From assembly GCA_963751425.1 (NCBI GenBank), contig CAVVUF010000002.1, positions 1,790,717 through 1,854,716 of the forward strand: a stretch of DNA of 64,000 nucleotides, written 5' to 3'. The DNA comes from an uncultured Chloroflexia bacterium (GTDB lineage: Bacteria > Chloroflexota > Anaerolineae > Anaerolineales > UBA4823). Below the pieces are notes generated by a model, which saw nothing but the letters and a program-made list of their open reading frames with translations, had not been told where the DNA came from and did not search any database. Below are positions 10,411 to 20,862 of this stretch, one piece after another (the stretch's first letter is position 1; the number at the start of each line of letters is the position of its first letter). Both the position numbers and the translations under genes were made by a program.

Positions 10411-13400
10411 GTGACCGCATCATTTTCCATTTTGGCATTGGTGGCAGTATTGACCCTGGCGTTCTTCCTGGGTATCTTGAACTTGGCATTCTGGCGCGTG
10501 CAGCGCGACGACCGCACCCCAGTGTGGATGATGGGGTGGATGGCTGCTTGCGGTGTGATGGCTCTATGCCGCTTGCTGCAGTATGCCTCTCTAAGCGAAC
10601 AGCTATACGTTCTTGTACCACGCGTCTTAATGACCGCGGTTTATTTGCTGGTGTGGTTGGGGTATGAGATTACCAATTCATTCCTCAACTTTCACCCCAA
10701 GCCTCGGGAACGCCTCCTTTTCATCACGATCGTCGCTGTGCCGATCCTGTTCCTTTGGACTAGCAATCTCATCCTAACCGACCAGGTTGTGATCCGAACG
10801 GTTGCCCTTGGTGGAACATACCATGGGGTTCAGGGGGGGATTCTATATCTGCCAGTGGGACTGCTGCTTCTGGTGATCGGAGCCATCCAACCCATCCGGT
10901 TATTTCGTGCCAAGGCGCTCCACCGCCGAGAGAATATTTTGATGGGGGTGGGTTTCCTGTTTGTGATTTTATGCAATTTGAATGATGTGCTTCTTTTTGC
11001 TCTCAATTTAACCTGGATCCGGCTTTCTGACTTCAGCTACCTGCCAGTGGCGATCTTCTTCAGCTATATACAGGTGCATCGCTACGGCCTTCTCTACAGG
11101 GATATGAATGGATTGGTTCAAGAACGCACGGCAAATTTAATCCAGGCAAATGAATCTCTGCAAGCGGAGATCAGCGTACGTGAGATGGCGCAAGCAGCGC
11201 TGCAAGACAGCGAAGAACGTTACCGCCTGCTGTTCGAGACGAACCCGCACCCCATGTGGGTTTATGACCTGGAATCGCTGGCGTTCGTGATGGTCAATGA
11301 CGCGGCGGTTGAGAAATATGGGTTTTCGCGGGATGAATTTCTACACATGACCCTAAAAGATATCCGTCCGGCGGATGAGCTGCCTGCCCTGATGGAAAAT
11401 CTGGCCCAAGAACGCCGGGCATTAGAATGGTCAGGACCGTGGCAGCACGTGAATAAAGCCGGTGACCCCTTCTTTGTGGAGGTGCTCTCGCATGATTTTC
11501 CATTTGACGGCAGGCCAGCACGCCTGGTGTTAGCCAACGATATCTCGGAGCGCAAGCAGGCCGCGGATGAAATCAATCGTCTTTTCCAGGAAGCCCGGCA
11601 GCAAGCGCGCGAGCTGGAAGTTCTCAACACGATCGGGCAGATTTTGACCGGTACCCACGATTTAGAGGCCATTGTCGAGCAGTTGGGGACTGGAGCCGGG
11701 CAGCTGCTGCGTACTGAGAATATCTCTGTCATCATCTATAACGATAAAAAGGACTCCCTGGAAGGGAGCTTTTATCTTGACCGTACGGTGCGCAAAGAAC
11801 CCTTCAGCCTGCCGATTGGGGAGGGGTTAACCAGTGTGGTTGTAAAGGAAAAGAAACCTATTTTGGCGGCTGACTACCTGGCCGAGTGTCAAAAGCGGGG
11901 GATTGAGCCTTCAGGAGAGGCAGCCAAGGCCTGGTTATGCGTTCCAATCGTAGGAGATGAAAAAGTTTTGGGTGCTCTGACAGCTTGGGACTACGAAATC
12001 GTGGATCGTTTTGACCAGCAGGACCTGCAGATCCTTTCGACCCTGGCGGCACAGGCAGCAATTGCCATTCACAACGCCCAATTGTTCGAGTCTGTACGCA
12101 CCTCGGAACAAAAATTCTTCAGCGCCTTCCATACCACCCCCGATGCAATCACGATCAACCGCCTGTCGGATGGCATATATCTGGAGATCAATGCTGGCTT
12201 TAGCACGATGACCGGGTACAGTGTAGAAGAAGTGAAAGGGAAGGGACCTGCTGAGCTCGGTATTTGGGATGACCCGGCATTTGAAGACCGCCTGGTCAAA
12301 GAGTTAGAGGCACACGGGGAAGTCATCAACCTTGACCTGGTGTTCTTCAGGAAGGATCGCCAGACCCGAGTGGGGCTGTTGTCTGCCCGGACCATGCAGA
12401 TTGAGACTGAGAATTGTATCCTCTCAATCACCCGCGACATCACGGAGCTCAAGCTGGCAGAGGCAGAAATCCGCCGCAAAGCGGAAGAGATGACGGCGCT
12501 GCACGAGACGACGCATGACCTGGTGATTGAGCAGAAGCTTTCGGAGCTGCTGCAGACCATCGTTGAAAGGGCGGTGGATTTATTGAAAACCTCCGGAGGG
12601 GGCCTGTACCTGTGCGACCCCGTGCAGCAGCAAGTGCGCTGCGTGGTGAGCTACCGAACCTTGAGTGACTTTACCGGCGTGGTGCTCAAATATGGCGAGG
12701 GCGCCGCGGGCCGCGTGGCTGAAACCGGGGAGCCCCTGGTGGTGGAAGATTACCGCACCTGGGAGGGGAGGGCAGCTGAGTTTGAGCAAGACCAGCCCTT
12801 CCGCTCCGTTTTGACGGTCCCGATGCGCTGGCGGGAGCAGGTGATCGGTGTGATCCATGTCATCGAAAACATTCAAACGAGGGTATTTACACCGCAGGAT
12901 GTAAGGATTTTGACGCTCTTTGCCAACCAGGCTGCCATTGCCATCGAGAATTCTCGCTTGCTTGAGTTCGAACAGCGCCGCCGCCAGGAAGCGGCAGCCA
13001 TAGTAGAAGTGGGGAGGGATATCTCTGCCTCCTTGCAGCTCGATGTGGTGCTGGAACGCATTGCCATGCATGCCAGGACCCTGCTGCATTCAGTGACCAG
13101 CGCGGTGTATTTATCTGAACCGTCCAACCCGGTGCTGCATGCCATTGCGGCGAATGGGCCAGATGCGGAGGAGATCAAACAGGACCCGCTGCAAATTGGG
13201 GAGGGCATCCTTGGCAATATTGCCCTGCAAAGGGAGGGTGAGATTGTCAACGACAGCATCAATGACCCGCGCGGGATCACGATCAAAGGTACGGATAACA
13301 TCCCAGCGGAACACCTGATGGGTGTGCCGATCCTTTCGAGAGACCATTTATCGGGGTTGATTGCTGTCTGGCGGGAGGGGGAAGGGAATGAATTCACTTC

Positions 13401-14556
13401 GGAAGATCTCGATTTCCTGACCAGCCTGGCCCAGCAGGTAGCTATCGCCATTGAGAATGCGCGCTTATTCGAAGATACCCGCCTGAGACTGACAGAGCTG
13501 GAGATTTTACAGAGGATTGCTTCGGCGCTGCGTATGGCGCAAACCCCAGATCAGGCTTTCCCGATCATTTTGGATCAATTAATTAGCGTCTTAAATTTTG
13601 GCAGCGCGTGCATTGAGATGCTAGAGCCCAACGGTGAGGAAATTGTGACCGTGGCGGCGGAAGGGCCTTGGAGGGCTTCAAATGGTTTGCGAACGAAGGT
13701 GAGTGAAGGGGTGAGCGGTTACGTGATCTCAACCGGCAAAGCTTATCTCACTTCCGATGTGTTCGCAGATGGCCTGGTTGTACGGCCTGAGGTGCTGGCA
13801 GGGTTTAATGTGGTGGCATGTGTGCCGATCATATCACAGCACCACCCCATCGGGACGCTGTGGGTAGGTCGGAAAGGCAGCTTGCCCATCACGATTGAGG
13901 AGGTCAACCTGCTCATTGCTCTCGGCGAGATGGTGGGGAATACCATTCAGCGCATGAGCTTGCACACTCAAACGGTCGTACAGGCTGAAGAGATCGCCCA
14001 GGCGTATGACAAGACCCTGGAGGGCTGGGCGAAAGCGCTAGAGCTGCGGGATAAAGAAACTGAAGGGCACTCGCGCCGTGTGTCTGAGCTCACCCAGCAG
14101 CTAGCCTTAAAAGTTGGCATCCCACCGGCTGAAATGGCCCAAATCCATCGCGGGGTTCTCTTGCACGATATTGGTAAGATGGGGGTGCCGGACCAGGTTT
14201 TGAAGAAAGCGGGACCGCTGGATTATGATGAGTGGGTCGAAATGAAAAAGCACCCGCAGTACGCCTACGATTTGCTGTCTCCGATCACTTTCCTGCGGCA
14301 GGCTCTGGATATCCCTTACTGCCATCACGAGCGCTGGGATGGGCGGGGCTACCCACGCGGCCTGAAGGGGGATCAAATTCCGCTGGCAGCGCGCATCTTT
14401 GCTGTGGTGGATATTTACGATGCGCTGTCACACGACCGGCCTTATCGCGAGGCCTGGCCGATCCGGAAGGTGCTGAAGTATTTGCACGAGCAGGCCGGGA
14501 AGCATTTGGATCCCAAGATTGTGGAGATCTTCTTGCCAATGGTGGAAAACGTGTAA
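10411..14556 (+). CDS. Giant multi-sensor HD-GYP phosphodiesterase: 7TM (7TMR-DISM-like) membrane domain, then PAS, multiple GAF, and a C-terminal HD-GYP domain
   Basis: About 7 N-terminal TM helices. PAS-like 'YRLLFETNPHPMWVYD'. Several GAF-like blocks ending in '...IAIENARLFE' motifs. C-terminus has 'HSRRV...LLHDIGKMGVP' (HD) and 'HHERWDGRGYPRGL' (GYP). RBS AAAGGAGG at 10395-10402. The ORF track start is GTG 10402. Confidence 0.85.
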   Translation: MTASFSILALVAVLTLAFFLGILNLAFWRVQRDDRTPVWMMGWMAACGVMALCRLLQYASLSEQLYVLVPRVLMTAVYLLVWLGYEITNSFLNFHPKPRERLLFITIVAVPILFLWTSNLILTDQVVIRTVALGGTYHGVQGGILYLPVGLLLLVIGAIQPIRLFRAKALHRRENILMGVGFLFVILCNLNDVLLFALNLTWIRLSDFSYLPVAIFFSYIQVHRYGLLYRDMNGLVQERTANLIQANESLQAEISVREMAQAALQDSEERYRLLFETNPHPMWVYDLESLAFVMVNDAAVEKYGFSRDEFLHMTLKDIRPADELPALMENLAQERRALEWSGPWQHVNKAGDPFFVEVLSHDFPFDGRPARLVLANDISERKQAADEINRLFQEARQQARELEVLNTIGQILTGTHDLEAIVEQLGTGAGQLLRTENISVIIYNDKKDSLEGSFYLDRTVRKEPFSLPIGEGLTSVVVKEKKPILAADYLAECQKRGIEPSGEAAKAWLCVPIVGDEKVLGALTAWDYEIVDRFDQQDLQILSTLAAQAAIAIHNAQLFESVRTSEQKFFSAFHTTPDAITINRLSDGIYLEINAGFSTMTGYSVEEVKGKGPAELGIWDDPAFEDRLVKELEAHGEVINLDLVFFRKDRQTRVGLLSARTMQIETENCILSITRDITELKLAEAEIRRKAEEMTALHETTHDLVIEQKLSELLQTIVERAVDLLKTSGGGLYLCDPVQQQVRCVVSYRTLSDFTGVVLKYGEGAAGRVAETGEPLVVEDYRTWEGRAAEFEQDQPFRSVLTVPMRWREQVIGVIHVIENIQTRVFTPQDVRILTLFANQAAIAIENSRLLEFEQRRRQEAAAIVEVGRDISASLQLDVVLERIAMHARTLLHSVTSAVYLSEPSNPVLHAIAANGPDAEEIKQDPLQIGEGILGNIALQREGEIVNDSINDPRGITIKGTDNIPAEHLMGVPILSRDHLSGLIAVWREGEGNEFTSEDLDFLTSLAQQVAIAIENARLFEDTRLRLTELEILQRIASALRMAQTPDQAFPIILDQLISVLNFGSACIEMLEPNGEEIVTVAAEGPWRASNGLRTKVSEGVSGYVISTGKAYLTSDVFADGLVVRPEVLAGFNVVACVPIISQHHPIGTLWVGRKGSLPITIEEVNLLIALGEMVGNTIQRMSLHTQTVVQAEEIAQAYDKTLEGWAKALELRDKETEGHSRRVSELTQQLALKVGIPPAEMAQIHRGVLLHDIGKMGVPDQVLKKAGPLDYDEWVEMKKHPQYAYDLLSPITFLRQALDIPYCHHERWDGRGYPRGLKGDQIPLAARIFAVVDIYDALSHDRPYREAWPIRKVLKYLHEQAGKHLDPKIVEIFLPMVENV

Positions 14557-14667
14557 GGAAACATTTCTCATCCCTATCCTTTTCCTTAGGTTAGGTAAAC
14601 CCATTGCGTGAACGACAATAAACGGATATACTGGCTGAAATTTAGCTAATTCAGCGAAAGGGCAAGT

Positions 14668-15864
14668 ATGAACACTAAGATCTTCCTGAGCGTCGGACGT
14701 ACCTTCACCCCCCAACAAGAAATTTTTGTGACCACCTTGGAAAGTTTTTTGACCAGCCAGGGATTTATTCCCCAGACGGTTGGGCGGACCTACTTTTCCA
14801 GTCAGCAGCCGCTCAGGGCGGTGATGGAATTGATGGATGAATGCGCCGGCTCGATCATCCTGGCTTTCGAGCGCACCCAGATTATCCAGGCTTTTGAGAA
14901 GCGCGGCAGTAAGGATGAGCGCCAGATCGCTGACCTCAAGCTGCCAACGGTGTGGAATCAAATTGAGGCAACGATCGCTTATTCCAAGGGGCATCCGCTT
15001 CTAGTGATCGTTGAAAATGGGTTAAAAGCTGAAGGACTGCTGGAGCAGGGTTATGATTGGTATGTGCAAAGTGTGCCTTTAAACCAGGACGCTCTCTCGG
15101 GGCGCGAATTCCAGGGAATGTTTAGCGACTGGAAACGTCGGGTCGAGCAGAATGCAGCAGCGAAATTCGCTCCTAAAGGGAGCGCCGGGTCGAAAGCCCA
15201 AACCAGTCCGGCTAACCAACCCAACTCTGAACCTGCTCCTGACTCGATGAGGGTGCCCAAAACAGACCCCTCTATTGAGAAAATCCGCATCCTGTTCCTT
15301 ACCGCCAACCCCACCGACACGAACCGCCTGCGCCTGGATGAGGAAAGCCGGGCAATTGACCAGAGTCTGCGCAGGGCAGAGTTCCGCGACCGCTTCGAGC
15401 TCGAGCAGTTCCAGGCGGTGCGCGTGGGCGACCTGCAGGAATGTTTGCTGCGTTTCAAGCCGCACATCGTGCATTTCAGCGGGCACGGAAGCGAAGTGGG
15501 AGAGATTTACTTGCAGGACAGCAATGGGATGAGCAAACCGGTCTCTGAAAAATCACTGGGGAAGCTGTTTGCTGTATTAAAAGACAATATCCGCTGCGTG
15601 GTGCTGAACGCTTGCTACTCACGCACCCAGGCGGACGTGATTGCCGAGCACATCGATGCGGTGGTGGGCATGTCGAAGGAGATTGGCGACCAGGCCGCGA
15701 TCAGTTTTTCGGCAGCCTTTTACCAGGCGCTGGCTTACGGGCGAGACCTGCAGACCGCTTTCGACCTGGGCACCATCCAGATCGACCTGGAATCGATCCC
15801 TGAAGAAGATACCCCCCAGCTCATCGCCCCGCATATCGATCCAAAGACGATGCGGCTGGCTTGA
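14668..15864 (+). CDS. TIR-like (flavodoxin-fold) N-terminal domain fused to a CHAT caspase-like protease domain
   Basis: C-terminal half has the CHAT His/Cys dyad signatures 'IVHFSGHG' and 'VVLNACYS'. N-terminal approx. 150 aa ('KIFLSVGRTF...ILAFER...VWNQIEATIAYSKGHPLLVI') resembles a TIR/DUF1863-like or nucleoside-deoxyribosyltransferase-like fold. That assignment is tentative. Confidence 0.65.
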   Translation: MNTKIFLSVGRTFTPQQEIFVTTLESFLTSQGFIPQTVGRTYFSSQQPLRAVMELMDECAGSIILAFERTQIIQAFEKRGSKDERQIADLKLPTVWNQIEATIAYSKGHPLLVIVENGLKAEGLLEQGYDWYVQSVPLNQDALSGREFQGMFSDWKRRVEQNAAAKFAPKGSAGSKAQTSPANQPNSEPAPDSMRVPKTDPSIEKIRILFLTANPTDTNRLRLDEESRAIDQSLRRAEFRDRFELEQFQAVRVGDLQECLLRFKPHIVHFSGHGSEVGEIYLQDSNGMSKPVSEKSLGKLFAVLKDNIRCVVLNACYSRTQADVIAEHIDAVVGMSKEIGDQAAISFSAAFYQALAYGRDLQTAFDLGTIQIDLESIPEEDTPQLIAPHIDPKTMRLA

Positions 15865-15878
15865 TATAAGAAACACAT

Positions 15879-18153
15879 ATGAGCAAGAAAAAGCCTGTAA
15901 AGGTGGAGATTAATATCAAAGCCATTGCCGGCAGCGGCACAACGAATGTCGCTGGGGGAAATATCGAGCAGAATATCACCCAGCATATTACGATTGTTGA
16001 GGGGAGGGCTTCGGTTGAGACCACACACCCGGCGGTGGAGCCGGGCACCCTGCCACCAGGTTCGCGGCTGCCATTCCGGCGGAATGAGGTTTTCACAGGA
16101 CGGGAGACAGATCTGGAGGTGTTGCGAGAGGCATTGGTGGAAAGGAAGGGCAGTGGGAGGCGGGTGGGGAGTCACCCAGGTAGTGGGGGGGATGGGCGGG
16201 ATTGGCAAGACGCAGCTGGCAGTGGAGTTTTGCTACCGTTATGGTTACTGTTTTACAGGTGTGCACTGGCTCCAGGCGAATCAGGACATTGCGGGGGAGA
16301 TCGCAGCCTGTGGATTTGAGATGGAATTACCCTACTGGCCATCGGCGCAGCCCGAGCAGGTGGAGGTGACCTTGCGGAGCTGGCGCCAATCATCACAGCG
16401 GCTGTTGGTGATGGATAACCTGGAGAGCACCGAAACACTGGGGGAATGGCTGCCGCGTTTGGGGGATGCCTGCGTGCTGCTGACCTCTCGCCGGCAGGAT
16501 TGGCCGCCAGGACTGGGCGTACAGGTGCAACGGATGGGAGTCCTGACTGGGGAGGAAAGCCGGAATCTGCTGGTGAAGTTGGCGCCGCGACTGGAATTCC
16601 TGGATCAGACAGAGTTGGGGAAAGCGGCGGAGAAACTGGGAAATCTGCCCCTGGCCCTCGACCTGGCAGGCAGATACCTGGCTCTGCGGGAAGCGCTTCA
16701 ACTGGGGGAGTACTTGAAGAAGATCGACCAGGCTGGCGGGGCACTGCAAATGGATCACCTGGAGAGTTGGCTAGGCCCTAACCCCACCCGCCATGCACGG
16801 AACCTGGCAGCCACCTTCGAGCTGAGCTGGCGGGAGCTGGACGGGGAGGCGGAGGATCTTAAGGCAGCCAGGCAGATCTTCCTGGCCTGCGGGTACTGTG
16901 CTGCCAACACCCCAATCCCGCGGGAGATTTTGAAAGAGGGGATTATCCAGGATGAACTGTTTCTGGATTTGGGCTTACAACGATTGTATACCTTGGGGCT
17001 GCTGAATAAGGAGCCGCAGGGACCGACGATGCACCCCTTGCTGGAGGAGTTTGCGCGTTTGCAGGATAAGAACGCAGATGAGAGTATACTGACCAGCGTG
17101 GTAGACATTCTAATTCAACTGGGTAACCAGGCCAACAATAGCAGTTTACCCGACCACTTCAAGCCGCTGTACCCCCACTTGCAGGCAGTCGCAAGACATT
17201 CCGAAAAAGCCTCCTTGAAAGAAGATACTGGAAGCCTGTTCAATAACCTGGGATTTTACCTGGATTCCATTGCAGAATATGCCGAGGCGAAACCTTACTA
17301 TGAGCAGGCGCTAGCAATCCGCCGGGAGGTTTTGGGGGAGAAGCACCCCGACACAGCCAGGAGCCTGAACAACCTGGGTGCCTTATTGGATAAAATGGGC
17401 GACTACTCCGGGGCGAAGCCATACTATGAGCAGGCTCTGGCAATCCGTAGAGATGTGCTGGGGGAGAAGCACCCCGACACAGCCAGGAGCCTGAACAACC
17501 TGGGCTACTTGCTGAAGGTCATGGGCGATTATGCCGGGGCGAAATCCTACTATGAGCAGTCGCTATATAACAACCGGGAGTTGCTGGGGGAGAAGCACCC
17601 CGACACAGCCACAAGCCTGAACAACCTGGGTGCCTTGTTGGACAGCATGGGCGACTATGCTGGGGCGAAGCCATACTACGAGCAGGCGCTGGCGATCCGC
17701 CGAGAGGTGCTGGGGGAGAAGCATCCCGACACTGCATTCAGCTTGAACAACCTGGGCTACCTGCTGCAAGCGATGGGCGATTATGTCGGGGCGAAACCTT
17801 ACTATGAGCAGGCGCTATATATCATCCGCGAGGTGCTGGGGGAGAAGCACCCCTACACTGCCCGTAGCTTGAACAACCTGGGCGCGCTGCTGCGGGCGAT
17901 GGGTGATTATGCAGGGGCAAAACCTTACTACGAGCAGGCGCTGGCAATCCGTCGAGAGGTGCTGGGGGAGAAGCACCCCGACACTGCCTTCAGCTTGAAC
18001 AACCTGGGCTACCTGCTGCTGGCAATGGGTGACACAGCCGGAGCGAAGCCTTTCTTCGAGCAGGCGCTGCAGATCTTTGAGGAAAAGCTGCCTGCCGGTC
18101 ACCCAAATATACGGCTTGTCAAAGACAACCTGGAGAGATTGGGGGAAGAGTAG
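15879..18153 (+). CDS. STAND NTPase, NB-ARC (Apaf-1/R-protein type) followed by about 10 TPR repeats (TPR_10/12 type); frameshifted near a G-rich tract (two ORF pieces 15879..16319 and 15925..18153)
   Basis: Frame 0 reads '...EVFTGRETDLEVLREALVERKGSG', then frame +1 reads '...VTQVVGGMGGIGKTQLAVEF' (Walker A of NB-ARC). Downstream are 'LLVMDNLE' (Walker B-like), 'LPLALDLAG' (GLPL-like), then repeated 'AKPYYEQALAIRREVLGEKHPDTARSLNNLGALL' TPR units. The switch lies in the G-rich stretch 16147-16191. A 14-nt gap after the CHAT gene implies an operon. Confidence 0.75.
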
Positions 18154-18316
18154 GCAGTCAGGAGCCAGGGTTGATCGTGTTGAAAGAGGCACGCCGGTAC
18201 TACCGCCTGCCCTTACGTTTGGTGGGAGAGCTTATGATATGAAAAGCAAGCCTCAAAACCCATTGCTTAAAGGTTGAAAATAATATAAGATACTTAAGTA
18301 GCCTAATTCGTTTGGG

Positions 18317-20203
18317 ATGGATGTGATGGAGTCATTCGAAGGAAAATTGCTCGGACATTATCAAATTCTTTCCCAGGTGGATGAGGGGGGGATGGCTACA
18401 ATCTTTAAAGCTATCGATACCCATCTGGAGCGGAACGTAGCGATTAAAATTATCCGCAAGGAAAATTTTAGCCCGAATGTCCTCGAACAGGTGCTCAAGC
18501 GCTTCGAGCGTGAGGCCAAATCACTGGCTCAGCTTTCTCATCCGAATATCGTCAAAGTAATCGATTATGGCGAGTACGAGAACTCTCCATATCTCGTGAT
18601 GGAATTTCTCTCAGGGGGAACGCTCAAACAACGCCTTCAGGAGAAGATCAATACCTACGAGGCTGTGGGATGGCTGATCCCAATTTCGCACGCCCTGGCT
18701 TATGCCCACCACCGTGGGGTGGTCCACCGGGATGTTAAACCTTCCAACATCCTTTTCACCGAAACGAACGAGCCCATGCTGACGGATTTTGGTATCGCGA
18801 AGATCCTGGAAACTCATACGGGTGATTCTTTAACCGGCTCTGGCGTGGGAATTGGCACTCCCGAATACATGGCACCTGAACAGGGCCTTGGGCAGGCGGT
18901 GGATGCGCGCACAGATATCTATGCTTTGGGGATTGTTCTGTATGAGATCCTCACCGGTCGAAGGCCTTTTCAGGCTGATACGCCCATGTCCATCGTCCTC
19001 AAGCACATGAATGAGCCACTGCCCGATCCCAGGCAGTTTACCCCCACCATTTCTGAGTTTGCTGAACAAGTGCTCAATAAAGCCCTGGCAAAAAATCCGG
19101 ATGATCGTTATGCGGATATGGTTGCCTTTGCCAAGGCTCTTTCGCAATTAGCTTCCGAGTACCCCACCGAGCCTGGCAAGTGGATGCCCCTCAAAGCGGT
19201 GGAGGCGGCTGCTTTTACGACAGGACAAGCCGTCGCAGGCAAGCCAGTAGGCACAGGACCCATTTCAGAAGAAGATACCGGAAAACTCCTGATCCGCATC
19301 AGCCGCCTGGAAAAGGTGGTGGAGGAAAGCCTGGCAGCTGAGGATTTCGACGATGCTGAAAATTTAATCCCCACCATCGAGAGTCTTGGCGAACAAGGCC
19401 GCCAGTCTGGAGCCCGCCTGCGCGTTACCTTGGAACACGCTCGGAATAAAGCACACCAGCGAGATACGGATATCTCGAATATCAGATTAGCCTTCCCAAA
19501 AGCTTTGGAGGCTGAGGATATCCCAAAAGCAGAAGAGATGCTGCTCCAGCTCAAAAAACTTGGACCGAAGGGCGTCACACTCGCCAACCAGTTCCAGATT
19601 GCGATCGATACATCCAGGCAGCAAATCACTCTCCGTCAAATTGAAATCAACCGGTTAAAGAACCTGGCTGAGCAGAATATTGCACAGGAGAATTTTTCTC
19701 AAGCCGAGGCTTTGATTCTTTCCTTATCGGTCATCGGGACACAAGGAAAAGCTCAGGCTGCCAGGCTCCAGGAGGCTTTGGAGAAAAGCCAGCAGCAGGT
19801 GGGGCAGCGTAAAGCGCAAATTTATCGTCAATCTGGGTTGGTCGAGAAGCAAATTTCTGAAAGAAATTGGGATGCGGCGCGGAAATCGCTCAAAGAGCTT
19901 GAGAGAATGGGCGCCGAGGGGAAAGCCTCTGCTGAAAAGTTAGGTGAAACCCTGAAAAAAGCAGAGAACGAAGTCACATTCCTGGAACCTATACTCGTCA
20001 GACCGCCTGTTGAGCAGACGATAACATCCCCGCCAATCTCTATGCCTGCCAAGCCCGCCGCTACTGTAAAAGCCCCGGAAAAAAGGAGCATTCCGGGTTT
20101 ACGCTGGATTATCTTCGGGGCGATTTTCTTGTTCATAGGCCTTTTAGCCGGTGGGGGGTTAGCGGTCAGCCTGGCTACCAGGCAAACGCCTAAAAATCGG
20201 TGA
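18317..20203 (+). CDS. Hanks-type Ser/Thr protein kinase with a long coiled-coil repeat region and a C-terminal TM helix
   Basis: 'VAIKII' (VAIK Lys), 'HRDVKPSNIL' (catalytic loop), 'DFGIAK' (DFG), 'GTPEYMAPE' (APE). Four roughly 35-aa internal repeats of the type 'AE..L..L...G..GKA.A..L.E.LEK'. TM 'WIIFGAIFLFIGLLAGGGLAV'. Confidence 0.85.
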   Translation: MDVMESFEGKLLGHYQILSQVDEGGMATIFKAIDTHLERNVAIKIIRKENFSPNVLEQVLKRFEREAKSLAQLSHPNIVKVIDYGEYENSPYLVMEFLSGGTLKQRLQEKINTYEAVGWLIPISHALAYAHHRGVVHRDVKPSNILFTETNEPMLTDFGIAKILETHTGDSLTGSGVGIGTPEYMAPEQGLGQAVDARTDIYALGIVLYEILTGRRPFQADTPMSIVLKHMNEPLPDPRQFTPTISEFAEQVLNKALAKNPDDRYADMVAFAKALSQLASEYPTEPGKWMPLKAVEAAAFTTGQAVAGKPVGTGPISEEDTGKLLIRISRLEKVVEESLAAEDFDDAENLIPTIESLGEQGRQSGARLRVTLEHARNKAHQRDTDISNIRLAFPKALEAEDIPKAEEMLLQLKKLGPKGVTLANQFQIAIDTSRQQITLRQIEINRLKNLAEQNIAQENFSQAEALILSLSVIGTQGKAQAARLQEALEKSQQQVGQRKAQIYRQSGLVEKQISERNWDAARKSLKELERMGAEGKASAEKLGETLKKAENEVTFLEPILVRPPVEQTITSPPISMPAKPAATVKAPEKRSIPGLRWIIFGAIFLFIGLLAGGGLAVSLATRQTPKNR

Positions 20204-20742
20204 GCCCAGGTCAGGAGACCTCACAAGGCAACCAAACTGCTACGGAGAATCAGGAAGGCAGCCTGGACTCAACCAAAATGGCTCTTACAGCACTGCCAAC
20301 TGCTACCGCCGCTGGAGGCATCCTACCTAAACCAACAGCTACTCCCAGCCCTCCTGCTTTGCCAACAGTCACTGCTTCGCTAACCCCGACCCTGACGCCT
20401 ACCCCGCCACGCTATGAGCTAACGATAGACACCGAGAATGCCAATGTCCGCACTGGCCCTGGTACGGTCTACAATATCCTGGCTACAATGCCGCGCGGCA
20501 CGGTATTTGAGGTGGTTGGGCGTAGCGCGGCGGGAGATTGGCTGGTGGTCGAGCTGGAAAACGGCAAGACCGGGTGGATCGCTACTAGAGTGATCCTTTA
20601 CAGATTCGATGCCAACCTGCTGCCAACCGTCCAGGCGCCCCCGACACCGATCGTGCCAACCAAGAAACCCACGGATGTGAAATCCGACCAGTCACCCGGT
20701 CAACCATCCAATCCGCCTACCTGGACGCCACCGCCTCCGTAA
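20200..20742 (+). CDS. Thr/Pro-linker plus SH3b domain; probably the frameshifted extracytoplasmic C-terminus of the kinase
   Basis: No signal peptide. Overlaps the kinase stop (GTGA). 'TPTLTPTPP' linker then 'ANVRTGPGTVYNILATMPRGTVFEVVGRSAAGDWLVVELENGKTGWI' (bacterial SH3). An A5 homopolymer at 20192-20196 lies just upstream of the junction. Confidence 0.5.
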   Translation: MSPGQETSQGNQTATENQEGSLDSTKMALTALPTATAAGGILPKPTATPSPPALPTVTASLTPTLTPTPPRYELTIDTENANVRTGPGTVYNILATMPRGTVFEVVGRSAAGDWLVVELENGKTGWIATRVILYRFDANLLPTVQAPPTPIVPTKKPTDVKSDQSPGQPSNPPTWTPPPP

Positions 20743-20862
20743 CAAAATCTATTCGAATTTTTTCACTATAACAGGGATGATGTGCGAGCAAAAATCTAAT
20801 CCTGAAAGTAAGCTATCCCGAATCACACCAGGCCATTATTATTTTTCGCCGGAGGCTTTGAA

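Noticed and set aside
11262-13451. Minus-strand ORFs of 150-190 aa inside the HD-GYP gene
   Set aside because: Antisense, Ser/Arg/Cys-rich and not protein-like. The sense ORF has clear domains.
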